A stretch of DNA of 64,000 nucleotides from Octopus vulgaris. Taxonomy: Eukaryota. This document shows positions 41,696 through 56,738 of the stretch, one piece after another; position 1 is the first letter of the stretch; the number at the start of each line of letters is the position of its first letter. The translations under genes and the position numbers were made by a program. Below the pieces are notes generated by a model. That model was not told the DNA's origin, ran no database searches, and saw nothing but the letters and a program-made list of their open reading frames with translations. Location of the stretch: assembly GCA_951406725.2 (NCBI GenBank), contig OX597835.1:38626001-38690000 (forward strand), written 5' to 3'.

Positions 41696-42753
41696 TAGTA
41701 ATGTTTGAAATAATTACAGTAACAAGAACAACGGTACGATGACATAAGAAGCGATTACAACATTGTAGATATCACTACATTGGCGACAGCAACAACAACA
41801 ACAACAACAACGACAGCTGCAAAACGAATGTCAACAATAGCAGCGTCGACGAAAACAACAAAAAAAAACAACGGCATCAACTTCAAACACGAAAACAACA
41901 ACAACAATAATGGCGGTGAGAAGGAAAAAAAACAAACAACTATAAGAAGAACAATTACAAAAAATCGAAAAATGACAACAAATACGACAGAATAACAAAT
42001 ATCGCAAAATAACAAGGAAAACATCGATGAGAAAAAAACTCTACTCAGGTTGCAATGACAATGGACAATGACATGTTCGTCCAAACTGCTAAGAAAAGCA
42101 GCTAAATATCCCTCAAAAATACACAAATGTTTTAATAAACAAATATAAACGGAAGGACGTATTGGAAAATGAAGTCATAGATGTACTTAAATAGATGTGA
42201 ATGGCATGGATGGAATGTTTTTAATCATATATTTCGTCTGCCAGAGCTGAAATGGAGCTAAAAATGTAAAATTAATAGATAGAGATAAAAAAAAAATGCA
42301 TGCGCCATGGCTATGATTGCTGCAACAAAGATGATGATGGAGACGACGATGACAACGAGACAACGACGACGGCGACGACCGAAAATAAACAATGAAGATG
42401 AATAACAGGGGAAAATGGCAGCGATGACTGACAAAGTAGCGAATCAATAATAATAGGAATGTCAAGAATGAAAGGGTTAGCAAGATTTAGAAAAAAATAA
42501 ATGAATAAATAAATAAAAAGACGTACATTCAAACATACATACATACACTTATGATAAAGGAGAATCATGGAGGTAACTGAACATATCGTCTGTCGTCTGC
42601 TTCAATCATTTTACTGTCAGATATGTTCGTGTCGAGTCATGTCGGCTTCATTGTTTTCCGGGAGAAGAACTGTGTCTTGTGTGAGTTCAAAGACTCAATT
42701 CTTGTGATATACGACTGCATATACGTCTATATATTCGTTATACGCATATATAT

Positions 42754-42803
<50 letters not shown>

Positions 42804-43159
42804 AATACATGTACAAAAGCAGGAATATATATTATAATATATATATATATTAATATATCTATCTATGTATGTGTGTGTATGTATGGATGGAGGGATTGAT
42901 GTATGTATGTCTGTATGTTATGCATTGTGGTGTTTATGGGAGAAGTAAGCCATTTTTCTTTTAAGCGTTTTACACTGAAGATCGGACAGTTTTGAAGTTT
43001 AATCTTTTTTTAAAATATTTTTATGAATATTTCATAATTTCCTTATTACTCCTTTGAGTTTATTCTGGAAAATTAATGACTCTTAAGTTCGTCAAACGAT
43101 TCTGCAACGCAGACCGTCGCCGTCTTATCTTCTGAACGGAGCGCTTAAAGCAGCGTTTG

Positions 43160-43224
<65 letters not shown>

Positions 43225-43325
43225 TATAGATATAGATATAGATATAGATATAGATATAGATATAGACAGATATAAAATATAGATATGCATACATACATAC
43301 ATACATACATACATACATACATACA

Positions 43326-43358
<33 letters not shown>

Positions 43359-43575
43359 TATATAACTATATATAATGTCTCGAAATGTATACCATAACTA
43401 TTATTTATTATTTGTTTAATTTATGCTATAAAATATGATATAAGTACGACAATGAGATAAAGTGAAACTTCCAGACACGTGTTTTCATGTTCAGTCCCAG
43501 GGCGAGGTACCTTACGCAACTGTCTTTCAATTTGAGTGCAGTTGATAGACGGAAGCTATGCGAAAGCGTGTCTTG

Positions 43576-43623
<48 letters not shown>

Positions 43624-43638
43624 GTGTGTGTGTGTATG

Positions 43639-44046
43639 GGTGCAGGAGTGGCTGTGTGGTAAGTAGCTTGTTTACCAGCCACATGGTTCCGGGTTCAGTC
43701 CCACTGCGTGGTACCTTGGGCAAGTGTATTCTATTATAGCCTCGGGCCGACCAAAGCCTTGTGAGTGGATTTGGTAGACGGAAACTGAAAGAAGCCCGTC
43801 GTATATATGTATATATATATATGCGTGTGTGTGTTTGTGTGTCTGTGTTTGTCCCCCTAGCATTGCTTGACAACCGATGCTGGTATGTTTATGTCCCCGT
43901 AACTTAGCGGTTCGGCAAAAGAGACTGATAGAATAAGTACTAGGCTTACAAAAGAATAAGTCCCGGGGTCGAGTTGCTCGATTAAAGGCGGTGCTCCAGC
44001 ATGGCCGCAGTCAAGTGACTGAAACAAGTAAAAGAGTAAAAGAGAG
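43639..44046 (+). mobile_element. SINE family A full length
   Basis: Matches the family consensus end to end. Confidence 0.9.
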
Positions 44047-44323
44047 TCTTTATGCTTTTATTTCTCACCGCTTTCTGATCGTACAATAAGTATCAGCCAA
44101 TAAATACCAGCCAATTTGATCGATGAAAGATGTTAAGAGGGTGTTCCAGCCTGACCACAGTCCACAGCCTAAAACTGATAAAATTATGAACGATTGATTC
44201 TCGTTCCCATGTTATTTAATCATTCTATGCCGTTCTATACTCGACTAACGCTTTTTCTTCAAGCGTATGTATATTGGGTTCAAACACCAGGTTATTGGTA
44301 TGACTATAGCTATGGGTACATGA

Positions 44324-44393
<70 letters not shown>

Positions 44394-44408
44394 ATATATA
44401 TATATGTA

Positions 44409-44492
<84 letters not shown>

Positions 44493-44803
44493 CGTATGAA
44501 TATTTATATATATATATATATATATATATACATACATATATTTGTGTGTGTATGTAAAGACATACAAGGAAACCGAACGAAAACAAACGAGAGTAAAATA
44601 GTGAACGCTAGAGAAATATTTTCTTTGACAAGAGAAAAGATATGAGAGAGATAGGATGGTCGAGTCATTAGGACAGTCTTGAAAGAAAAGAAAAACGGAC
44701 AATGGTCACTTGCGGTCAGCGAGAGAGAGCAGGAGAATGAGGGAGAGAGAGAGGGAGACAGACAGAAAGAAAACGGTGTCCTGTACTCATATATACATGT
44801 GTG

Positions 44804-44853
<50 letters not shown>

Positions 44854-44890
44854 TGTATGTGTGTATTCATATATGTATATACATACATAC

Positions 44891-44939
<49 letters not shown>

Positions 44940-44945
44940 TGTGAA

Positions 44946-45326
44946 GGCGCAATGGCCCAGTGGTTAGGGCAGCGGACTCGCGGTCATAGGATCGCGGTTT
45001 CGATTCTCAGACCGGGCGTTGTGAGTGTTTATTGAGCGAAAACACCTAAAAGCTCCACGAGCCTCCGGCAGGGGTGGTGGTGATCCCTGCCGTACTCTTT
45101 CACCACAACTTTCTCTCACTCTTACTTCCTGTTTCTGTTGTACCTGTATTTCAAGGGGCCGGCCTTGTCACTCTCTGTGTCACGCTGAATATCCCCCAGA
45201 ACTACGTTACGGGTGCACGTGTCTGTGGAGTGCTCAGCCACTTACACGTTAATTTCACGAGCAGGCTGTTCCGTTGATTCGGATCAACCGGAACCCTCAT
45301 CGTCGTAACCGACGGAGCGCTTCCAC
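44946..45326 (+). mobile_element. SINE family D (tRNA-derived)
   Basis: A-box-like tggcccagtgg and B-box-like ggtttcgattc. The 5' part is shared with 58936-59217. Confidence 0.8.
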
Positions 45327-45884
45327 ATATGTATATATATTTATTGGCGAAACTGGCAAAATGACCATTCCGAAATACAACAATATGTATATATATTATT
45401 TATATTATTATTTGATTGAACACCACGGATCCATTTCCAAATAAGTTTATTTGAATCTATTTGATGCGACTCTACTCTATACTGTTTTTCACCCACAGCC
45501 ATGCTCACTCGTACAACTGTACAGTTACATAAAGTTACATAACACTAACCTAAGGAGAATTAATATTCCGAACATATTCCGAATATTCTACGTCCGTTTC
45601 TAATGAAGAGGAATGAAAAAGTGACGATGCGGAGATGTCTATTATATACATGCAAAAGGCTCTGCTTTGTCTCTGATGCTCAAAACTATTTCGATCACCT
45701 GGTTTTAATAGAGTTATCTCCCTTGGTGACACCTTTTACATTTTAAACTACCCTAGACTTTGTTTTATCCTTTAATTGCGTGAAGTTTCTCACGTGATCG
45801 ACTATTTTGATATATTTATTTCTATTTATTCATTTGTCATCATCATCATTATTATTATTATTATTATTGTTGTTGTTGTTGTTG

Positions 45885-45941
<57 letters not shown>

Positions 45942-46176
45942 GTAGTAGTAGTATTAGTAGTAGTAGTAGTAGTAGTAGTAGTAGCAGTATTTCAATTCAC
46001 CGTATCTAATTTAAATTGGCGAACGATGAAGACACGAAAACAGGAACGTATGGAAAGCTAACGGAAAAATCCACGAATAAACACACACACACACACATAC
46101 ACACATACACACATATATATATATATATATATTTAGAGGGGAGAGAGAGAGAAACAGAGAGAGAGAGAGAGAGATG

Positions 46177-46240
<64 letters not shown>

Positions 46241-46459
46241 TGTTTCTTTATTGGCCACACAGGACTGCACACAGATGGGACAAGTTACAAGGTAGAGCTT
46301 TTCTTTTGGGGGATGAAAAAACAAAAAACAAAAGAAACACAAAAAAAAGGTGGCATAGGTTTTCGATCAAAAGGGATCGTAAAAGGGAAAAAAGGACAAA
46401 AAAATAGATAGATAGATAGATATGCACTCACAATCCACGTCATCCCTCTCTCCCTCTCA

Positions 46460-47365
46460 CAAGTACATACAGACACGAACGCAGGTACGCACAAACGAAC
46501 ACGTACACGTATGCAGACACACACGAATGTACACATACCTCTACACAAACATACACACACAACACACGCATACATACCACTCAAACACACACGCACACAC
46601 ACATACACGACACATGCACACACACAAGCACGCACGCACACAAGCAGGCACACGCACACGCGAATGTATATATACCTACGCATACACACACATAAATACA
46701 CACACCTACATGCACGCACGCACATACCCGCGCGCACACAGGCACACACACACATACATACAGGCATGTACATACACACACACATGCACACACGAACATA
46801 TACACGTAGGCACATACACACACGCGCACACGCACAGTAATGCACATATACCTCCAAGCAAACAACCCCACGCACATACACACACATACACACGCGGACA
46901 CACACATGCGTACACACATGAACACACATATACCTCCAGACACACAACACACACATACACGCATATATAAAAACACATACATACATTTTCACACGCACTC
47001 ACACGCACATAAATACACACACCCCACACGCACACACGAACACACACACACGAACACACACACACACGAACACACACACACACACGAACACACACACACA
47101 CGAACACACACACACACACAGATCACTCACATAAGCACATGTAAACAATTAATACCACACACAACACAACACACAGTTACCACCACACGCTACCACGCAC
47201 GCACACACACGCACGCACACACACGCACGCAGTTACTGCCACAGACACATACGCTACCTTACACAGACACGCTATCACACACACACATACACATACACAC
47301 ACACACACATGCTACCGCACACACATGCTACCGCACACACGAGCACACACCCACACATACACATA
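46460..47365. repeat. Degenerate (CA)n-rich tract
   Basis: Directly visible. Confidence 0.85.
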
Positions 47366-47508
47366 GATGCCAACCATTCTTCACACTCTCCTGTCCCAAA
47401 AGCAGTTTTTCTGTCCATCTACTTCCGGTCATTCCAAAATGTAACTACACGTGGATAGCTGGCAATTTTTTCTTCCTGTTTCCCTTTCTTTTGGACTTTC
47501 CTGTCTCC

Positions 47509-47546
47509 TGTTTCCGAAGAAGAGCATCGCTCGAAACGTCAAAACA
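47509..47546 (+). ncRNA. Ultra-minimal hammerhead variant (dimer type)
   Basis: UGUUU-CCGAAGA-A-GAGC-auc-GCUC-GAAA-CGUC-AAAACA. Stem III is reduced to self-complementary ACGU. A T-rich terminus follows and runs into a microsatellite at about 47645. Confidence 0.6.
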
Positions 47547-47645
47547 ACCACTCTTTCTTTCCTTATCTGAGCATCTTATTAATACTTTGCATGTACACAT
47601 CCAGGCGTTGTTCTATCTTGGCTTTTTTCTCGTTTTTTAATTATA

Positions 47646-47724
<79 letters not shown>

Positions 47725-47726
47725 TG

Positions 47727-47847
<121 letters not shown>

Positions 47848-47992
47848 TTTCGGAGAAGAATACAGTGTACATTCAAACACATAATCTCTGAATAATGTAT
47901 AGTCTATTGACTAAATTTTTTCCTTCTCGCTACACCACTGGTAACAAAGAATTTTTCGATAAATATTCTTGCTACCCTAAGATTTTAATTAA

Positions 47993-48032
<40 letters not shown>

Positions 48033-48202
48033 GTATCGTCTTTTGTTTATTTTCATAAAGCTTCCCGTTACATATATATATATATATACAGTAGTTGTAT
48101 AATGTCAACTTAATGTGACAGTCCCATGAAGGGAAGTTGACAGTGTACAACTACTCTATCGTACCACCACTGCTTATATCTCCCTGGTGATATTTAGAAA
48201 TG

Positions 48203-48284
<82 letters not shown>

Positions 48285-48293
48285 ATATATATA

Positions 48294-48412
48294 GAAGAGC
48301 GTAGGCTCGAAACGTAAAAGACTTTTTCTATTCGTGAGTGTTATACTAATACATCTGATTCTTTTGTACACCACTTATCTTCGTCTTTTGTTATTTTCGT
48401 AAGCTCTCCCTA
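48294..48412 (+). mobile_element. 5'-truncated relative of the 47.5 kb hammerhead element
   Basis: gaagagc-gtag-gctc-gaaacgta-aaag followed by a T-rich terminus into (TA)n. A shorter piece of the same terminus lies at about 48035-48068. Confidence 0.55.
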
Positions 48413-48421
48413 TATTTATAC

Positions 48422-48465
<44 letters not shown>

Positions 48466-49026
48466 AATGTATGTACGTATATATGTATATATTTATATTT
48501 ATATATATGTATACACATGTGTATATAAATGTATATATTTATATACATATATATAATATATATATAATGTATACATATATATATGTGTGTGTGTGTGTGT
48601 GCACAATCACAGATAAATATTACAATAAAAAAAGGAAAAACATCAATAACAACAACTGTAGTTGCGGCACTGACAACAACAACAATATCAACACTAGCAA
48701 TGAAATCAACGGAAAGATTGGCAAGGAAAATGTTAAGCTTAAACGAAATCATTTCTTCCGGTCTCAGACCAAAAATAGACCGAAACCGTCCATGTTAGCA
48801 ATCTTCATTGTACACTACAGTCTCCAAGTCTCTCATTACAAGTCTAATGGCATGGCATCGCAGACCATTGTATGTATGTATGTATGTATGTATGTAAGTA
48901 TGTATGTGTATGTATGTATGTATGTATGTATGTATGTGTGTGTCTGCGTGTGTGAATGTGTTTATATACCGTAATTTATTTCTCTTTCACATTCATTTTT
49001 CTATTTCTTTCATTTTATATATATGT

Positions 49027-49073
<47 letters not shown>

Positions 49074-49166
49074 TGTGTGTGTGTGTGCTGATCATACCTT
49101 AACGGAACAGTAAAAACCACACACGCATATATATATGTATATATATAAATATATGTATGCATTTAC

Positions 49167-49262
<96 letters not shown>

Positions 49263-49320
49263 ATATGTATTTAAATGTGTATACCTATATATATTTATAT
49301 ATATGTATACACTAAAGCAT

Positions 49321-49351
<31 letters not shown>

Positions 49352-49707
49352 CATAAGTACATACACGCACACGTATATATGCATATACATACACGCGTAT
49401 GTGAATATAAATACGCACAGCTTCGCACGTGTTCACACACATACACACACACACACACACACATACACATACACATACACACATTTAGACGTGTAAACAC
49501 TTACAGAAACACACGCATAGAATTTCGCCTCGAACCAATTCCGTCGGGCAAGAATTTGTAAGGAATCTCACTGAAACTGATCTCCGAGAGAATTTTTAAT
49601 TTTCGAAGCTCAATGCCGGAAACATTCGCAGTTGTTTGGGGCTTCTTAGGGGACATTTGTGGAAAAAGACGCAGCGAACTTGGACTAATCATCAATACAT
49701 ACAATAC

Positions 49708-49794
<87 letters not shown>

Positions 49795-49898
49795 CATGCA
49801 TATATATATGTATGTATATACACGTATATATATGTATATATATATATATATATATATACATATACATGCATATATATATGTATGTATATACACGTATA

Positions 49899-49929
<31 letters not shown>

Positions 49930-49970
49930 GCATATATATACGTGTATATACATACATATATATATGCATG

Positions 49971-50014
<44 letters not shown>

Positions 50015-50022
50015 TATATATA

Positions 50023-50054
<32 letters not shown>

Positions 50055-50101
50055 CATATACGAAGTTGAACTAATCATCAATACATACATACACACACAC
50101 A

Positions 50102-50137
<36 letters not shown>

Positions 50138-50164
50138 TGTATGTATGTATATATATATGTATAT

Positions 50165-50250
<86 letters not shown>

Positions 50251-50489
50251 TTTATACGTCATGCTTTTTCCTACCATATGTCATTGTGTGTCAGGGCTTC
50301 TCTACTCCGGCTTTTCGCTTGTTATTATATCTTGATTTTTTCGCTGTTAAAACTGTCGCCATTATTTTTCTCTTTTATACGCTCTTCCATGTCAATTCCA
50401 CATGCCATCGTCCTGTAACATCTTCGACCTCTTTGTTAAGCACTTAGTGATTAAGAAGCGATTATTATTATTATTATTATTATTATTAT

Positions 50490-50900
50490 TGAGTGAGAAA
50501 GAAGTGCATGCCATCAAAGTGACACTGGGGTAAAATATACGAAGCCCAGTATACCCATCATGACTACCCGTCTGAATTTGGGTACACCAGGCACATGCAT
50601 CACAACCATATGAGTGCGACATGGTGATCTCATATCAAGATAAACAGCGCATGACTTTGCAGGTGGGGCTCAGTTAGAAATTTTTTCAGGTTGAGTAGCC
50701 CATCCCGCTCAAAAGGTCCCTGAATAAGGGTTGCTTTAGGATGTTGAAAGAACCACCCATGTTTCCAGAGGTGAACTATTCAAACCCCAAAGAATCCCTC
50801 TCAACACATGGCTATGATGCTCCCCCACTACTTCTGCTCGTGATCAGAGATGCACATATCGTCAGCCACTAAGGGACATGGTCAACTGGTTAAGGTCAAA
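50490..50900 (-). mobile_element. Repeat family C
   Basis: Reverse complement of about 33605-33997, between (TTA)n tracts. Confidence 0.8.
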
Positions 50901-50902
50901 TA

Positions 50903-50969
<67 letters not shown>

Positions 50970-50972
50970 AGC

Positions 50973-51260
50973 AAGGCGACGAGCTGGCAGAAAAGCTTGG
51001 CATTTCGTCCGTCTTTGCGTTCTGATTTCAAATTCTGCCGAGTTCGAATTTGCCTTTCATCCTTTCGAGATCGATAAATTAAGTACCAGTTACGCAGTGG
51101 AGTCGATGTAATCGACGAGACTCATCCCTCAAAATTTCAGGCCTTGTGCTTATAGTAGAAAGTATTATTAAAAGCAAACTTAAGGCGGCGAGCTGGCAGG
51201 ATCGTTAGCACGTCGGTCCTCTCACTAAATTTCAGACCTTGTGCCTTTAAAAGAAAGATT
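50973..51260 (+). mobile_element. SINE family B copy plus a deleted copy
   Basis: Heads aaggcg(a/g)cgagctggcag at about 50973 and 51182. Confidence 0.75.
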
Positions 51261-51261
51261 A

Positions 51262-51940
51262 GTGTTATCATGTACATTGTTTTGTCTTGGTATAAAAGAT
51301 GGGCTACAGCAAATATTCTGCTCAATACCACAGATTTGCTTGCCAGTTGTTTGACCTTAACCAGTTTAGCATGTCCCTTAGTGGCTGACGATATGTGCAT
51401 CTCTGATCATGAGCAGAAGTAGTTGGGGAGCATCATAGCCATGTGTTGAGAGGGATTCTTTGAGTTTGAATAATTCACCTCTGGAACCCTTATTCAGGGA
51501 CCTTTTTAGCGGGATGGGTTACTCGACCAGAAGAAAATTCTAACTGAGCCCCACCTGCAAAGTCATGTGCTGTTTATTTTGATATGAGATCATCTTGTTG
51601 CGCACATATGGTTGTGATGCATGTGCCTGGCACCTTAGACAAGTGTCTCCTACTATAGCCTCGGGCCGACCAAAGCGTTGTGAGTGAATTTGTAGACGGA
51701 AACTGAATGAAGCCCGTCGTATATGTGTGTTTGTATGTGTGTCTGTGTTTGCCACCACCCCCAACATCGCTTGACAACCGATGCTGGTGCGTGTATGTCC
51801 CTGTAACTTAGCGGTTCGGTGAAAGAGGCTGATAGAATAAGTGCTAGGCTTACAAAGAAAAGTCATTGGGTCAATTTGTTCGACTAAAGGCGGTGCTCCA
51901 TCATGGCCTCAGTAAAATGACTGAAACAACAAAAAAGAAT
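51262..51940 (+). mobile_element. Family C / SINE A chimera
   Basis: Family C sequence runs to ..gcatgtgcctgg and then switches to family A tggcaccttagacaagtgtc at about 51629. Confidence 0.75.
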
Positions 51941-51959
51941 AATATGCCTTATACATATA

Positions 51960-53571
51960 CAGTTGCGGGCAAAATGTTCAGAACGGCATTGTTTTCGCCA
52001 GAAAAGTAGGTATAAGTTTTTATCAAAGTTGTTTTATATTCTATAATTTTCACAGACTATAAATACAATATTATTTGTTATTGTCTGAGATTTTGGTGTA
52101 ATTTGAGAGGATAATACAAAAGTTATGGATGATTTAGTGATTTACTGCAAAACCCACACCGGCCAAAATTATCAGAACTGTTAAAAAAATAACAAAATAA
52201 TCAAAAATGACAGAGAATACTGGAATTATTTAATATTTAGTGTGAAGCCCTTTAGCTTCAATCACACTTTGACATCTTCGACTGCATGAGGAAATTAAAT
52301 TTTCAATTTCTTGCTAGGTGATCTTATTCCATTCTTCCTGAAGGCATTCCATAATTGCTCGGTTGTTTTAGGATTTCTGGCTTTCTAACGTTCTCCTAGA
52401 ATATTCCACACATTTTCAATAGGATTGAGATCTGGGCTTTGAGCAGGCCAATCCATAATAATAACCTTTTCAGCCTTGAGAAAGTTCATGACCACCTTAG
52501 CCTTGTGACATGGGGCATTGTCCTGCATGAATATGGGTGGTCGCTTAGTTGAATTTCTCAGCACAGGCAAGACATGATCTTTTACAAGTTGTTTATAAAC
52601 TCCTGCATTTACCTTTCCATGTAATCGCACCAGAGGGCCCACACCATCTCCAGATATCATCCCCCAAACCATGACACTTCCTCTACCAAATTTAACACTA
52701 GTCTTAAGGCATTTAGGCGACAATTTTTCACCTACATTTCAACGAACATTTCCCATCTGAGCCAAATAACATAGACTTAGATTCATCACTGAAATGCACC
52801 ATTTGCCATTTTTCTTCACATGTTCGGTTGCAAAGGCAAGACGACACTTTTTATTTTTGGAGCTGATCAGTGGCTTCACTGCTGGTGATCTTGCTTGTAG
52901 GTTATGTTCAACTAAACGATGAGACAAGTTTTTCGAGGTAACGTTTTCTTCAGTACAATGCTCATTTCCCGAGAAACAGCAGCAGCAGTTTTAAATCTGT
53001 CCTTTTTAACCAACTTTACCATAGCACGATCTTCTCTCGTGGTCGTTTTTCTTGGCTTATCTGTAGACTTTCTTGCTTCACACGAACCACAATCATCGTA
53101 GACCTTAAGAATACTGTGAACAACACTTTTTGACTTGTTAACAATCTTTGCAATAGACCCAATACTTAAATTATCCTTCTTTCGAGGCTTAATAATCTGC
53201 TGACGAAATGATAACGGAGTAAGTGGCATTATATTAACAAAGTACACTGCAGATATTCTTACTAATGTTTAGTAAACGAACCGTCACGTAAACAAATTCA
53301 AAACATTAGAGTTCGCCGGTTAAATATACTAAAACATGGAGTAAAAGCAACCGTTCTGATCATTTTGGCCGCCATGGGTTTTGCAGTAAATCACTAAATC
53401 ATCCATAACTTTTGTATTATCTCCTCAAATTACACCAAAATCTCAGACAATAACAATTTATATCGTATTTATTGTCTGTGAAAATTATAGAATATAAAAC
53501 ATCTTAGATAGAAAATTATATCTACTTTTCTGGCAAAAACAATGCCGTTCTAAAAATTTTGGCCGCAACTG
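51960..53571 (-). mobile_element. Full-length Tc1-family DD34E transposon with IR/DR termini
   Basis: Inverted repeats of about 220 bp (51960-52180 / 53351-53571) beginning CAGTTGCGG, TA on both flanks, and inner and outer direct repeats ggccaaaat..tcagaac. Confidence 0.95.
52230..53229 (-). pseudogene. Tc1 transposase, frameshifted and with stops
   Basis: MPLTPLSFRQQII..KPRKTTTREDR..; FSDESK; KFGRGSVMVWG; FMQDNAPCH..WPAQSPDLNPIENVW (34 residues between D and E); ends ..AKGLHTKY*. Confidence 0.92.
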
Positions 53572-53589
53572 TATATATTGACACAAGTG

Positions 53590-53930
53590 CTGAGACCCCC
53601 TTCGGTCATGAATGACCATGGGATTGCATCTAGAATGTTACCCTCCCAGGCACAAGTCCAGGCAAGGTTGTTTATGGAAGACCAGCAGTCGCCAATGCAT
53701 ACGGGCCTCCCTTCTCCACACCAAGGGATGTTATCCAAGGGAAAGGCAAGGGCCAATACAGCTTGGCACCTGTGACATCGCAACTCATTTCTACAGCTGA
53801 GTGAACTGGAGCAACGTAAATTTAAACTGTTTTGCTGAAGAACACAACCCGCAGCCCGGTCCGGGATTCGAACTCACAACCTAACGATAGTACGCAAGCT
53901 CGACGTTCTAACAACAGAGTCATGGGCCTT
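53590..53930 (-). mobile_element. SINE family E (tRNA head, CORE-like centre)
   Basis: Minus strand has a gagttcgaatccc B box, then ttgtgttcttcagcaa..gctccagttcactcagctg, and tail cccatggtcattcatgaccgaagggggtctc. Confidence 0.7.
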
Positions 53931-53961
53931 AACGTCTGTATAATATGCGTGTGTATGTGTG

Positions 53962-54135
<174 letters not shown>

Positions 54136-55055
54136 TAGGGATAGATAGATAGATAGATAGATAGATAGAGATACATATATACATACATATATATATATAT
54201 ATATATATGTAATTTATATACATATATATATAATCATTACACACACATATATATACTTGCATATATACATAAATACACATATACATACGTATATAAATGT
54301 GCTTGCAGTGTTTGTATGCGTGTGAGCATTCGTGCGTGCGTATGCGTGCGCACGCACGCGCCCGTGTGTGCCCTATATATATATATATACAGGATTAATG
54401 TGAGTTTTTCCAACAAATCTGCAAAGATATACAGATTAAATATCTAAATATCTATTCATTGTAATAAAGTAACCGGTTTCTCAGACCTTAAGAGGTTTCT
54501 AGCGAATCCCCAATCTCAACGGTGAAATGAAATATTATACGATGATAAAGCAGTAAAGTGTTCGGCACTCTACCGAAGAATGGCTGCTTTCATTTTATCA
54601 AAAATCCATGAAAATCCTATGCAAATATTTTAGAAAGAAGCTCTTTATTATTCAACAAGCATCGAATATCAAATCATTTTTTATATTTGACATAAACTTA
54701 ATATTCCGATACCGCAGTGCATGAAATGAATCCAATTATTTCTATATTGAACATTAGTTTATTCCGCAGTTATCTCTGTGGTACAGGCTATTCGTGCGCT
54801 CAGCTTGTTAACCGAAATATTGGTAGTTCAATTCCAGCCGAGGACGACTCCTTTTCCATGCGAAGCCCTAGCATGGCCGCTGTCCAATGAGTGAGTCAAG
54901 TAAAAGAAGATATAGGAAAAGACAAGAGACCGTTTTTGTAATTGATTTGTAAGATACTTAATGTTGTATGGAAGGAGATTTCGTTGAACGTAGGGAGGGT
55001 TATTATGCAAAGAATAACCACATGCACTGGTTCAATTTCACTTCTACTATTATTA

Positions 55056-55800
55056 AGGCGGTTAGCTAGCAGAATCGTTACCGAGCCGGAAGAATACGCT
55101 TAACGATATTTCATTCGACTTTACCAGTTGACTAGTGGGATCGATGTAATCGACTTATACCCTGATCCGAAATTGGTGACCTTTACCAAAATGTGAAATC
55201 ATTATCAAGGCAGCGAGCAAGAAGAAGCCGGGAAAATGCTTAGTAGCATTTCATCCGTCTTTACGTTCTGAGTTCAAATTCTACCGAGGTCAAGATTACT
55301 TTCATTCTATCAGGGTCGATAAAATAAGCTGCAACTGTGCACTGGCGTCGATGCGATCGAATTATCTGCCACCACCCAAAATAATTGCTGGCCTTATGCC
55401 AAAAAATTGGAAATCCTTATTATTAAAGTAGTGAGCTGGTAGAATCGTTAGCACGCCGGGCGAAATGCTACTGTTACGTTGTGAATTCAAATTCCGCTGA
55501 GGTCCACTTTGCCTTTCATCGTTTCCGGGGTCGATTAATTAAATACCAGTTACGCACTGGGGTCGATATAATTGACTTAATCAGTTTGTCTGTCCTTGTT
55601 TATCCCCTCTGTGTTTAGCCCCTTGTAGGTAGTAAAGAAATAGGTATTTCGTCTACCGTTACTTTCTGAGTTCAAATTCCGCCGAGGTCGACTTTGCCTT
55701 TCGGGGTCGATTAAAATAGAACCAGTTACGCACTGGGATCGATGTAATCGACTTTGTCCCTTCCCGAAATTTGAGGCTTTGTGCTTCCAGTAGAAAGAAT
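55056..55800 (+). mobile_element. Cluster of SINE family B copies (two degenerate monomers and a dimer)
   Basis: Heads near 55056, 55208 and 55427. Confidence 0.8.
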
Positions 55801-55938
55801 TATTAATATCGTATAGAAGAGAGAATCGCCTATTTCTCTCATTATTTTGGTGACAAGTTTATTTTTACCTCGCTGTCAGAATTTCTCCTATTTCAGATCT
55901 GCATATTATTTTATTAAAACAATAGTCCATGTGCGCAT

Positions 55939-56004
<66 letters not shown>

Positions 56005-56694
56005 CTAAGCCGTAGATATTACTTTTATTTTCCTGAAAAATATATTTATATATATTGGATTTGATCTGTTCCAGATGATTTCCAATTGTCTCTTTCTCTT
56101 GTGACTTCCATTATATCTTCAGATGGAATAATAACTGTCCTTTGCGATGGTATTTATCATGTTATATCTTTTTATTTTTCTGTTGATTATATCATTTGTT
56201 TGAAGGAACGACATTCTGTTTCGTTCATTTCACTTCTTCGTTTTTCTTCCTTGATTTTTTTTTTTTGGTCTTTTCTGGGGTTTTTTTATCTTCAAATTCT
56301 CATATATTATATGATTCTTCGTTGTTGTCCAAGTAGTTTTCTACATTTATGATTTTGTTCCATAAATTCTTCGACATGAAATTTCTGGGGTTTTTTTTAA
56401 ACAAAAAAAAAAAAAAAGCAAAACAAAAAAAAAAAACATCTCGGAACATTAACATTTTATTTTCATTGAATTATTTCAATCCCCTTTTTCTCAGAAATCT
56501 ATATATTCTTCAGATTTTCGCTTTCATCTATTGAAATAATCTTTTCATTTCATTCATTCGTTCAAGTTCTTACTGTTCATACTTACTTAATTCTAAGCTT
56601 TCTTCCTCCATACAAAAATACGCACAATACACACATATATACACACAGTTATATATATATACATATCTATATATCTATATCTATATCTATCTAT

Positions 56695-56738
<44 letters not shown>

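Noticed and set aside
44946-45020. tRNA gene candidates at SINE heads
   Set aside because: They have A/B-box-like motifs but continue into SINE bodies and lack a convincing full cloverleaf.
54462-54490. Minus-strand GAAACCGGTT palindromic stem III in a TA-flanked island
   Set aside because: No CUGANGA half or stem I partner was found; at most a truncated remnant.
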